This document shows positions 50,956-59,791 of a stretch of DNA of 64,000 nucleotides, piece by piece. The stretch is from UHGV virus genome UHGV-1378516; one strand, written 5' to 3'. The stretch is from a virus. Position 1 is the stretch's first letter; each line of letters starts with the position of its first letter. Under the pieces are notes generated by a model. That model was not told the DNA's origin. It made no database searches and saw only the letters and a program-made list of their open reading frames with translations. The translations under genes were made by a program, and so were the position numbers.

Positions 50956-53322
50956 TTAATCGTAAATTGTAGTCCCTTCTGGAACACACTTCACATCAAA
51001 GCCTAAAAACTTACTCACTTCGATAGGTGATACTTTATTCCAATCTAAGTGTGAAAGCAAGAAGTTTTCTTGTTTTCTTTTTGAAAGATAGTTTGTCAGC
51101 TTAATAACCATGCGGTCACCAGCTTTCTTAATCTTTTTGTACAGTTTTGTGTCATTATCAAGGCATGACTTCAAATCCTGAAGAACACTGATAGTGTAAG
51201 TGTATGCAAACGGTGCAGCCACATACTGAATCTTACCGAACATTGCCTCAACAGCATCTTCATTCCCTTCTAAGAAGATTGTCTTAATAGTATCCCTTGA
51301 ATAACAATACCCACGAGAAATCTTCCTGTTATTAAACGTAAAGTTTCTGGCAATAATCCAACTGCTTGTAAGGTCAAGGACACCATTCATATAGATACGT
51401 GTCATATATCTGTTATGGTTAATCCAGTGAACATCAGTTAAGCTGTCATTCAAGAGTTTCTCATCTACTTCAATCCAATCTTCTGGTATCTTTTTCCAAT
51501 TTGCTTTTCGGAAAACATAGACTGTCTTACCTGTAACATTAGCAACTGACTTAGCTACATCTTCTGGAGATGAGCAAAAACATCTACCATCAACTGTGTC
51601 ACCAACTGCCTTAATGTAAAGTTGAGGTTCTTCAATTGTGTCTAAGTCTTCTGACACCTCTTTGTATGAAGCTACAGATTCTGCTGGAACAGCTTTCCAT
51701 AGTTTTACAACACCTCTCACAGCCTCTTTACGCTGATAATGATGCTCCTTATCAGACATTTTCACAATCTTTAACAAGCTTTTATCAAGTTTGTGTAGAT
51801 TGATTAAATCATCTAACTCTTTTTCAGTCGAGAATACAAACACAATACCATTGTATCTGTGGAACAGGCCTGACTCGTTAGCGTAGTCTCGACATGCACC
51901 ACGCAAGATTTGATTTCGTCCTACAGTCTTCTCAGTACCGTTTTTATTGCGACGGTCATTAATCACGAACAAAAACTGTTCAATTTGGCTTTTACGCATT
52001 GCACCAAAGATATTGAACATGCTTGCCTCTTGAGTGTAGGAAAGTGCTGTTGCACGAATCTTACTCTCTAAAGAGTTGAACTTGACATAAGCAACTGGGT
52101 CATAAAGATAATCTACTTTAGGGATATTGTTCCCGTTCCTATCAACCTTAATATTGCCTTTACCGTCACGTTCATAAATGACTGAGCCGTCTTCTGCGTA
52201 GATAATTCCACGACGAATGTTTAACAATTCTTCTTCCAGAGAATCAAGCTTAACGCCTCCCCACTCTAGCTTTGGACACACAGCATTAAACATCTCTCGT
52301 GAGTTCAAACGTAACTCTGCATAAGCCTGTGCAGCATCCATGAGTGTAGGTTGGCTATTAACTTTCTTGATAACATCCTTTGTAATTGCTTCAGTTATCT
52401 TTTTGGTAGCCTCGATGATAACATTTTTTGTCGTATCATTCATCTGCAATGCTTCACGAGAAGCTGCTATAGCAACTGAACCAATAGGCATGTAGATGTT
52501 TACAAGGTCTACGCTCCTACGGAAAAACTCTGGCAAGACTTTGAAGAAATCATCACCAAGTAACGCTTCCATGTTCACTGGATAGGCAATATTACCCATC
52601 ACCACATTAAACTCTGTCCTGTTACCACTAGAACGCCAGCTTTGCTTATGAATCATGGCATCATAAACACCTTCTTCACGGGCAATGACGTTCATATCTG
52701 CTAATACATCGTCGTACTCAATATTACTTTCTGGTTTTACAGTGAAGTATGAGTACACATTCCCAGCTTCTTCAAAGAACTTTGAGATACGGTGGTCAGC
52801 AACTGCCACACGTACAGCTAAACCATTAGGCTCTTTTGTTGGGTTAGTTGTCAGCTTAGTTACTTGAGGGATGCCATTCTCAAGATAAACAGAGTACTTA
52901 TTAACAACACCGTCAACATAGCTAGACACTGTGAATGACTGAGCAATTGCAAATGGGGATTTTGAGCCGATACCCATTGCACCAATGTAGTCATTAGAGT
53001 CATTCTTCGTAGAAGCCCCGTAGTTTAGGTACAAACTCATAACTTTATCATGAGTCAATCCAGTTCCAAAATCACGAACTTCAAAGTAAGGCTCAAAACG
53101 AGTAGGTAAATGCACATGGAACGGAATGTTCTCTTTTCCAGCTTCTTTCTGAGCATCTACTGCGTTACATGACAGTTCACGAATCACTGCCCTTTCTTTA
53201 AAGGTATATACACCAGAACTCAAAAGGCTGAACATCTCAGGTGTCATTGTAATCTGTGCTTGAGACGTCTCTAAAGAAGTTGAACTCTTAATCACTTCTG
53301 CGTGGTCATTTACCATGCGCAT
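50956..53322 (-). CDS. rIIA: rIIA-like protein with GHKL-type ATPase fold
   Basis: 788 aa; Bergerat-fold motifs ..ELSCNAVDA.. (N box), ..DFGTGL.. (G1), ..GAMGIGSKS.. (G2). Confidence 0.5.
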   Translation of the reverse strand: MRMVNDHAEVIKSSTSLETSQAQITMTPEMFSLLSSGVYTFKERAVIRELSCNAVDAQKEAGKENIPFHVHLPTRFEPYFEVRDFGTGLTHDKVMSLYLNYGASTKNDSNDYIGAMGIGSKSPFAIAQSFTVSSYVDGVVNKYSVYLENGIPQVTKLTTNPTKEPNGLAVRVAVADHRISKFFEEAGNVYSYFTVKPESNIEYDDVLADMNVIAREEGVYDAMIHKQSWRSSGNRTEFNVVMGNIAYPVNMEALLGDDFFKVLPEFFRRSVDLVNIYMPIGSVAIAASREALQMNDTTKNVIIEATKKITEAITKDVIKKVNSQPTLMDAAQAYAELRLNSREMFNAVCPKLEWGGVKLDSLEEELLNIRRGIIYAEDGSVIYERDGKGNIKVDRNGNNIPKVDYLYDPVAYVKFNSLESKIRATALSYTQEASMFNIFGAMRKSQIEQFLFVINDRRNKNGTEKTVGRNQILRGACRDYANESGLFHRYNGIVFVFSTEKELDDLINLHKLDKSLLKIVKMSDKEHHYQRKEAVRGVVKLWKAVPAESVASYKEVSEDLDTIEEPQLYIKAVGDTVDGRCFCSSPEDVAKSVANVTGKTVYVFRKANWKKIPEDWIEVDEKLLNDSLTDVHWINHNRYMTRIYMNGVLDLTSSWIIARNFTFNNRKISRGYCYSRDTIKTIFLEGNEDAVEAMFGKIQYVAAPFAYTYTISVLQDLKSCLDNDTKLYKKIKKAGDRMVIKLTNYLSKRKQENFLLSHLDWNKVSPIEVSKFLGFDVKCVPEGTTIYD

Positions 53323-53350
53323 AATACTTTCCTCTTAGTTTACTGTTAAA

Positions 53351-53527
53351 TTACTTATTAAACATTTTACCAGAACCGCCACACATAGGGCAACAACCTG
53401 CTCTTGTATAGCCTTCTCCATTACAGTAGTCACATTTTTTGTGCTCTGCATAGTACTTGCAAAGAAGGTAAACAAACACTGCTACACTACCAAGTGACAG
53501 TAAAATTTCTATCCAATATGCTTGCAT
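53351..53527 (-). CDS. small membrane protein with C-terminal zinc-ribbon-like Cys cluster (not in ORF track)
   Basis: 58 codons hand-translated: MQAYWIEILLSLGSVAVFVYLLCKYYAEHKKCDYCNGEGYTRAGCCPMCGGSGKMFNK; SD GAGG ~7 nt upstream; 19-nt overlap with upstream ORF end. Confidence 0.4.
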   Translation of the reverse strand: MQAYWIEILLSLGSVAVFVYLLCKYYAEHKKCDYCNGEGYTRAGCCPMCGGSGKMFNK

Positions 53528-53844
53528 GACTCACCTCTCATATTCTTGTAAAGGATAAAGCTTCTGTCATGGACGATACTTGTAGATACTGCAAAGTTAC
53601 TTTCAAGCATCTGTTTGTTTGGATTGTAGAAGCTTTCTTTAAACTCGTCAAGTGCAAATTGGTGATTGTCTGGAAGACCTTTTACACACACCTTTATTGT
53701 GATTGCTGCTGCAATCTTGCCAGTCAGTTCTTCTTTAGCTGCTACTAAGATTTTATTGAGGAACTTATGACCATTTTCAGGTTTCTTGATGTTCTCCCAA
53801 CGCTCTTCTAAGACAATGTTGATGTTCATCTCTTTGATTTTCAT
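53509..53844 (-). CDS. hypothetical protein
   Basis: 111 aa; SD GGAGAA. Confidence 0.5.
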   Translation of the reverse strand: MKIKEMNINIVLEERWENIKKPENGHKFLNKILVAAKEELTGKIAAAITIKVCVKGLPDNHQFALDEFKESFYNPNKQMLESNFAVSTSIVHDRSFILYKNMRGESCKHIG

Positions 53845-53861
53845 AATTTTCTCCAGAAATT

Positions 53862-53882
53862 AAAAAGGCTCCCGTAGGAGCC
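53862..53882 (-). terminator. rho-independent terminator after NAMPT-like gene
   Basis: Minus-sense GGCUCC-UACG-GGAGCC + U5. Confidence 0.6.
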
Positions 53883-53897
53883 TCTTATCATATACTT

Positions 53898-55679
53898 TTA
53901 AAGTTGCTTGTCAATATTATTTCGAATATCACCAAGAGTTGTGTAGCCGAACTGCTCAGAGTCGCTAAAGACTAAACGTAAAGCACAAGCTGGATGCTCA
54001 AGTGCATCTGCAAAACTCTGGAATCCATAGCCATCTACAGCTTTCAGGTTCTCACCATCCCACATAGGGGCTACACCACCAAAAGCAGACTTCTTAATAC
54101 CACTGTCTGTTTTAGGGTCTTTTGCAAGCATAATCTCTTTACCACCAATACTTGCAAGAGTTGCTTTGACAGCAAATGCAAAGGTGTCACGAGTCATGTA
54201 CTGGTAAGTGTAAGAACCTACACCAAACACTACGTTAGAGCTTGCAAAACCCATTTCATACAAACGCTTCAGGATTTCGTTTGCACGTTCCAACGTGATA
54301 GAGTCACCATAGATAAGGCCAATGTGCTCATCCAGTACCTTAAACCCTTTAGAGTTGATAGTTCCTCCAAAGATGTTATACAGTGTCTTGATAGCTCCAT
54401 CAATCTCCGCTACAGGACGTGTTACAACGTTTGCAGAACCAACCATATAAGCATTTTTCAACATCACTGTATCAGCAACTTCAAAGTCTTCTCTGTCAAC
54501 AACCATTTCGTAACCTTCTGACAGTAGCCATCCAGCAATACCATAATTGATGTTTTCAAGCTTCATGTTCAGAACAGCATTCAGCATTGTGTCGCTGGCT
54601 TCCAGCTTACTTAGGTGTTCGTAATAAGCCTTTTTAGCACACTCTAAATGGATTGCTTTGTATCCTGTGACAATATGTACAGGGTCTCCAGAATCAGGAC
54701 GAATTACCAGTTTGCCATCACGTTCCATAATCTCTTTACGGAGTTCTGGCAATATGACTGATACAGTTCTCCAGAAGTTATAAGTATCTGAAACAACACT
54801 TGCAATACCAGTTGGGTAAGTTTCTGTTAAGAAACGACGGAAGGTTTGTAACTCACCTTTAAAGCGTCTTTCTTCTTCAATCAACTCGTTACCACCTTCC
54901 CAAGCAATGTTTGCACACATTACAGAATGTTCAGTGGCTGGTACAGAACTACCAATATCAGAGATTTGGTAGGACTGTCCATAGATGCGTTTAGCTGTAT
55001 ACACAGCAGGGAAGCTATCAGTCCCTTTAAAGCTTGTTAAGTGACCTACAGCGTTAAATGCGTCATCAGTAAAGCCGGACATACCACGCATAGCAAAATC
55101 ATGGCACTGATAAGGTAAATGTAAGTCATTGTCACAAGTAAGGTCAGCCCACTTCTTACAGATGCGTTTGTAATGCAATGCAATAGTTGCAATGGTGCAA
55201 GCCTTCCAAATTTCAGCAGAGAAAGCATCTTCCAGATAACCTGCTACCCAATGAAAACCTGAAACAGTGTTCTGAAAGACAATCATCGGGACACGCATTG
55301 GAACAACTGTGCCTTCTTCTACAGCGTATACTTCAACTGGTAGATAACCTAAGTCGTGAAGTGCTTCCCAATGCTCTCGACCGATAGCATCTTTACCCAG
55401 AACACCATTCATGACTTCTAAGATTTCATCAATGGCTTCTTTTTTATCACGTTCAAAGAAAGTGGCATTCCAGTGGTCTATCAAGTAATCTTTAACAAAA
55501 CGTTGAATACCAAAAGCCACTACACCGTCAATTGCTAAAGGGCTGTTAAACCATTTATCACTACGTGGTGTTAGGTTGAACATCAAGTACTCTGTTGCGC
55601 TAGGATACTGGTAAACATGACCAGATTTGTAAGCATCTGCATTTAAACCTGCTGGTACTGCATAAAGTGATTTAGTCAT
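53898..55679 (-). CDS. nicotinamide phosphoribosyltransferase-family enzyme (NadV/NAMPT-like; possibly Namat-type)
   Basis: 593 aa; N-terminal ..YKSGHVYQYP.. and overall size/organisation of NAMPT family; adjacent to PRPP-synthetase-like gene. Confidence 0.65.
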   Translation of the reverse strand: MTKSLYAVPAGLNADAYKSGHVYQYPSATEYLMFNLTPRSDKWFNSPLAIDGVVAFGIQRFVKDYLIDHWNATFFERDKKEAIDEILEVMNGVLGKDAIGREHWEALHDLGYLPVEVYAVEEGTVVPMRVPMIVFQNTVSGFHWVAGYLEDAFSAEIWKACTIATIALHYKRICKKWADLTCDNDLHLPYQCHDFAMRGMSGFTDDAFNAVGHLTSFKGTDSFPAVYTAKRIYGQSYQISDIGSSVPATEHSVMCANIAWEGGNELIEEERRFKGELQTFRRFLTETYPTGIASVVSDTYNFWRTVSVILPELRKEIMERDGKLVIRPDSGDPVHIVTGYKAIHLECAKKAYYEHLSKLEASDTMLNAVLNMKLENINYGIAGWLLSEGYEMVVDREDFEVADTVMLKNAYMVGSANVVTRPVAEIDGAIKTLYNIFGGTINSKGFKVLDEHIGLIYGDSITLERANEILKRLYEMGFASSNVVFGVGSYTYQYMTRDTFAFAVKATLASIGGKEIMLAKDPKTDSGIKKSAFGGVAPMWDGENLKAVDGYGFQSFADALEHPACALRLVFSDSEQFGYTTLGDIRNNIDKQL

Positions 55680-55724
55680 CTTTTAATCTCTCTCAAAATG
55701 GGGCTTGGAAGCCCCTATAAAGTT

Positions 55725-56621
55725 TTAATCAAGGTTTGCTACAGTAACTTGGCTATAATGTGTTAAGCCACGGTCTTTAGCTTCCCCTAAAGAGTTTGTA
55801 GTGTAGATATGGTCAATGCCATTGTCAAGCAAGTTTTCAACATCTTTAGAGAAGATACCATGTGTTACATAGAGTTCCACACGTTTTGCACCTGCTTCAC
55901 GAAGATGCTTAGCTGCTTCTATGAAGGTTCGACCACCATCACAGATATCATCCAGAATCATGACGGTTTTATCTGTCAAATCAACATCATCAAGGATTCG
56001 CATACCAGTAATTTCACCAGTCTTAAGGTTACGCACCTTAGACATTGTGATATATGGTTTATCCACCTCTTTAGCGGTCTCTGCAACCTTCTTAGCAGCA
56101 CCTGCATCTGGGGCTACTAAGTAATCAACCAGTGGGTCATTTGCATAGTGGACTGCAATTTCCTTTTGAGGAATACTCTGGAAGCAGTTAAACAGGTTAT
56201 CTGGAACGTAACTGTGAGGGTCAACTGCACAGACTGCACCAAATCCCATTGCATTTACCTGTTTAGCAAAAACCTTCAAAGCTGCTGCGTCGCCTTTAAA
56301 CATGTGACGGTCATAACGTGCATTTGGTAAGTAGTAAAAGATGACAGTCTTTAAAGCATAATCATGAGGAATTAAATCATCAATTGCTTCTTTAGCAAGT
56401 GCCACAGCAAACAATGTATCCTTATCATAACCTTTTACAATCATAATCACATTGTTTATGGATGATGCTGCATAAGCAGTGAAATCAACAAACTCTGGCG
56501 AAAAGTGTCCACCAATCTCACCAGAAGGAAATTGGATGATGTTAAACTCCTCTTCATGAGTTCCTTTAGTTGGTGAATGAACTGTAACACGGATAGATGT
56601 TTTCATAGTTTTCTCTCTCAA
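55725..56621 (-). CDS. ribose-phosphate pyrophosphokinase-family enzyme (Prs-like; possibly Adps-type)
   Basis: 298 aa; PRPP-binding-loop-like ..VMILDDICDGGRT..; first ATG may be at Met6. Confidence 0.65.
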   Translation of the reverse strand: MREKTMKTSIRVTVHSPTKGTHEEEFNIIQFPSGEIGGHFSPEFVDFTAYAASSINNVIMIVKGYDKDTLFAVALAKEAIDDLIPHDYALKTVIFYYLPNARYDRHMFKGDAAALKVFAKQVNAMGFGAVCAVDPHSYVPDNLFNCFQSIPQKEIAVHYANDPLVDYLVAPDAGAAKKVAETAKEVDKPYITMSKVRNLKTGEITGMRILDDVDLTDKTVMILDDICDGGRTFIEAAKHLREAGAKRVELYVTHGIFSKDVENLLDNGIDHIYTTNSLGEAKDRGLTHYSQVTVANLD

Positions 56622-56896
56622 TCAAAAGTTACGTTTGTTACTGCCATTGCAGATTTGCATTTTGCAGGGTCTACAACGTGATAAAGTACACTACAGTTAC
56701 CTGTGCTGTCTGGTACAGGTTTAACCCATTGTTGCTTGACAGTTGGTTCGCCTAAGTCTTTGTAAGAACCATCTGTAAAGTTGTTTACCATCTCAAGTGC
56801 GATTGGCTCTGGAACATGACCACGTATCATGTACATTTCACAACCATTGCCTCCTTCACTGACTAATGGTAAAATCTCCCACTTTTCTTTAGCCAT
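56618..56896 (-). CDS. hypothetical protein
   Basis: 92 aa. Confidence 0.45.
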   Translation of the reverse strand: MAKEKWEILPLVSEGGNGCEMYMIRGHVPEPIALEMVNNFTDGSYKDLGEPTVKQQWVKPVPDSTGNCSVLYHVVDPAKCKSAMAVTNVTFD

Positions 56897-57404
56897 TATA
56901 AGTTGCCCTATAAACTATCTCGAACTTCAACAGGAGAGATATTGCCAAATCTGTATAGTTGTTGTCAAGCACATCTGGCATATTATTTTTGATATATCTC
57001 TCTTGCTCTTCATAGGTCATCTTAGGGGCACTTAAAAGGCTATCTCCTTGCTTCTGGTTATCAGCTTTAGTCTGAATAAACCAGTTTGCACAGTGATGTT
57101 CACCACCTTTTGTAACAGGTTTGTGGTGGCCTAATGTGAAGGATTGACTGCCTGTGTATCTGCAAAGTTTATTGAGTACTGTAATGGTGTTCTTCACAAC
57201 AAAACATTCATACAGGTTGTCTATGGTGTAGTGTGGATAATATCGAAATAATGCTCTTTCACGAGTACTCTCACGATTCCAGAGAATCATGTGATTGGAG
57301 TTGGAAGGGTCGTATTGGTGGGAGTCAATGAACTCTTGACGTTCCTCAAAACTGAGTCTTAACACTGACATTGCAGCAGAACGTTTCAGATTTGACAGAT
57401 ACAT
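56889..57404 (-). CDS. HNH-family endonuclease (putative homing endonuclease)
   Basis: 171 aa; ..GHHKPVTKGGEHHCANWFIQTKADNQ.. His/Asn pattern. Confidence 0.5.
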   Translation of the reverse strand: MYLSNLKRSAAMSVLRLSFEERQEFIDSHQYDPSNSNHMILWNRESTRERALFRYYPHYTIDNLYECFVVKNTITVLNKLCRYTGSQSFTLGHHKPVTKGGEHHCANWFIQTKADNQKQGDSLLSAPKMTYEEQERYIKNNMPDVLDNNYTDLAISLLLKFEIVYRATYNG

Positions 57405-57455
57405 ATTATCTCCAAAATAAAAAGGGAACCTTTACAGTTCCCTTATAGTATCTGC

Positions 57456-57776
57456 TTACTGAGCTACTTTCAAGATTCTTGTGAATGGAATTTCACTTTC
57501 TTCCATTAACTCTTTAGTTTCTTTGGTAACTTTCACAAAGTTATCTAGGCAGATAATCTTCTTATCTTTCTTACTATAGGTTAATTTAACCTTTTCAATA
57601 TCTTTCTCAGAGCTTTTCTCTTCATTGAAGAGTTTTACAGCCTCTTTGAATGGGAGATATGAGCCATCATTATCACTAATGAATCCTGTACCACAATAGT
57701 AGGAGTTATGCTCTCTAGCCATAAACTGGCACAGTAAGAAAATCTGTAATTTACGAGTGTTATAAACTTTGCTCAT
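57456..57776 (-). CDS. hypothetical protein
   Basis: 106 aa. Confidence 0.45.
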   Translation of the reverse strand: MSKVYNTRKLQIFLLCQFMAREHNSYYCGTGFISDNDGSYLPFKEAVKLFNEEKSSEKDIEKVKLTYSKKDKKIICLDNFVKVTKETKELMEESEIPFTRILKVAQ

Positions 57777-57778
57777 GA

Positions 57779-58045
57779 TTATTTAGCCTTCTTATTACGT
57801 TTACGGTTACGAGCTTTCTTAGCTGCTCGTTTAATAGCTGCTGCACCAGACGGACGATGGGCTTGTTTCTTACCACCTTTGCCACGGCCTACATAGATGT
57901 AAGGCTGCTGTTCAATTTGGCTTGTAAGAACCTGTGCAACCGCTGAAGCATCTACACCGACCTGCTTTCCAGTCATAGAAACAATTGCTGCTGCTTTTGC
58001 CAGTGCCTTCAAGAATCCAGCTTTCATATTACCTAAAATTCCCAT
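57779..58045 (-). CDS. hypothetical protein, strongly basic C-terminus
   Basis: 88 aa; ..KRAAKKARNRKRNKKAK. Confidence 0.45.
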   Translation of the reverse strand: MGILGNMKAGFLKALAKAAAIVSMTGKQVGVDASAVAQVLTSQIEQQPYIYVGRGKGGKKQAHRPSGAAAIKRAAKKARNRKRNKKAK

Positions 58046-58141
58046 TTTTAGTCTCTCTCATTAAAGTTTAATACAGAACTTATGAAGTTCTTCTTCAGTG
58101 ATACCAATTGGAGTTATACCTTAGCCCATTTGCCAGAATAA

Positions 58142-58642
58142 TCACTCTGCTCTCCACTGACAATCACCTTGCCACCCATACTCTTTTCTCCAGAGGTTTT
58201 GGTTATCAGAACCACGATATGGTTTAACTGTTGGTTTAGATGAATCATACTTACCATCAATCACCACGTCAACATATTTCATCACATCAAGGTGAATTTT
58301 TTCATGTAACTGAAAACCTGTCCAGAGCCAGATAGATTTCTCTGGATAGATTGATTTAACCTTCTGACAAATCTTAGTGACTTCTCCAATGTTACGGTCA
58401 TCCAATGGTTCTCCACCGAGGATAGACAGCCCACTTAAAGAGTCATCTTCCAAAAGTCTTAGAATGCCATAAAGGTTTGCATAAGTGAACTCTTTACCAG
58501 CATTAAACTTCCAAGACTCCCTGTTAAAGCAACCTTCACAGTGATGTTTGCAGCCAGCTACGAAGAGACTTACACGGACCCCTTCACCATTAGCTGTGTC
58601 AAATGGCCTAATCTCCATGTAATTCATTAGTTTAACCTCCAA
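58142..58642 (-). CDS. nrdG: anaerobic ribonucleotide reductase activating protein (radical SAM)
   Basis: 166 aa; radical-SAM Cys cluster ..CKHHCEGC..; same operon as NrdD. Confidence 0.75.
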   Translation of the reverse strand: MEVKLMNYMEIRPFDTANGEGVRVSLFVAGCKHHCEGCFNRESWKFNAGKEFTYANLYGILRLLEDDSLSGLSILGGEPLDDRNIGEVTKICQKVKSIYPEKSIWLWTGFQLHEKIHLDVMKYVDVVIDGKYDSSKPTVKPYRGSDNQNLWRKEYGWQGDCQWRAE

Positions 58643-58749
58643 ATCAAAGGGTTTGGTAATCCAATTACTGACGCTACTAATGTATATACAAATGCCACCA
58701 TTAAGAAAATGACAAACGCACCTATAACCCTATACATTCACAAATTACC

Positions 58750-59049
58750 TCACCAATACATATAGACGTTCTTTGCAGCTTTCTTTGGAGACTTGCTATC
58801 AATGTCAAAGTCTTCATCTAAGAAGGATGTCTTAGAAAGCTGTCTTATTTGTGTTCTTGTAATACGTTTAGTAGCCTTCTTAATCTCTCTACAAGGTTGA
58901 CTTGTAAAGTCATAAGAGCCACCTTTTCTGGACATCATATCAGAATGGAAGTAGATATCTGAAGCGTTCTCTCTGTTACGCGCTTCATTTCTCCACTCAT
59001 AGAATCCGTGAACGTTCTTTAAACCTTTTCTTCGAATTGTTTTACTCAT
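58750..59049 (-). CDS. hypothetical protein
   Basis: 99 aa. Confidence 0.45.
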   Translation of the reverse strand: MSKTIRRKGLKNVHGFYEWRNEARNRENASDIYFHSDMMSRKGGSYDFTSQPCREIKKATKRITRTQIRQLSKTSFLDEDFDIDSKSPKKAAKNVYMYW

Positions 59050-59441
59050 TCAAATACCACCTGACAAGGTACATGCTTAGTAATAAACTCTTCGCAGTGT
59101 TTCTTGATGAAATCCTGCAAGATTACACAGTCTTGTGCACAGGTCATTAGTGCAATATACTCTGGGTTCATAATATTTTCAAGACTATAGAAGACAACAT
59201 TGTTAGATAGTTCATGACCGTCTTCTTCAGACCAAGTTCCAGTGACTACAGCTAATTTGTCAAGCAATCCATTAGGCAATGCTACACCATCTTCTACAGA
59301 ATCACTTAGAACGTTGTCGCTGATGTACAATGTGAAGGTCGTATGGAATGTTGAATATCTTACGTGATTCTTTTCGCAAGAGCCACACTCTGAGGCATAA
59401 TCTTTAATCCACTCTAACTGTTTTTTGTTCAACTTAATCAT
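59046..59441 (-). CDS. hypothetical protein
   Basis: 131 aa. Confidence 0.45.
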   Translation of the reverse strand: MIKLNKKQLEWIKDYASECGSCEKNHVRYSTFHTTFTLYISDNVLSDSVEDGVALPNGLLDKLAVVTGTWSEEDGHELSNNVVFYSLENIMNPEYIALMTCAQDCVILQDFIKKHCEEFITKHVPCQVVFE

Positions 59442-59638
59442 AATTTCACCTTAGTTGGTAATGCACTGAATGCTATGACTAACCCTAAAAATGGTTTGAA
59501 GCATGACCATAAATCCATCTGACCCTGATATGCGAAACTCCATTGTGGGTCTGAAAAACCCCATACCATAACACTAACCCCAAAGAAGAAGATTAGAATG
59601 TGGAGAATGTATATCAATGCTTTTGATATTTTAAACAT
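59438..59638 (-). CDS. hypothetical small membrane protein
   Basis: 66 aa, two hydrophobic segments. Confidence 0.4.
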   Translation of the reverse strand: MFKISKALIYILHILIFFFGVSVMVWGFSDPQWSFAYQGQMDLWSCFKPFLGLVIAFSALPTKVKL

Positions 59639-59791
59639 TTTAACTTGCCTCTTAATTCACAATAAGAGAGTCCTAAAAAGAACCCTAGTAAGACAGAACC
59701 TATGAACAACCCAATAATACTCTCTGCCATATCTAACATCCAATAAAAAGGTGATGTAAGCCTATCAAGACTCACACCACCATGTCAAGTT

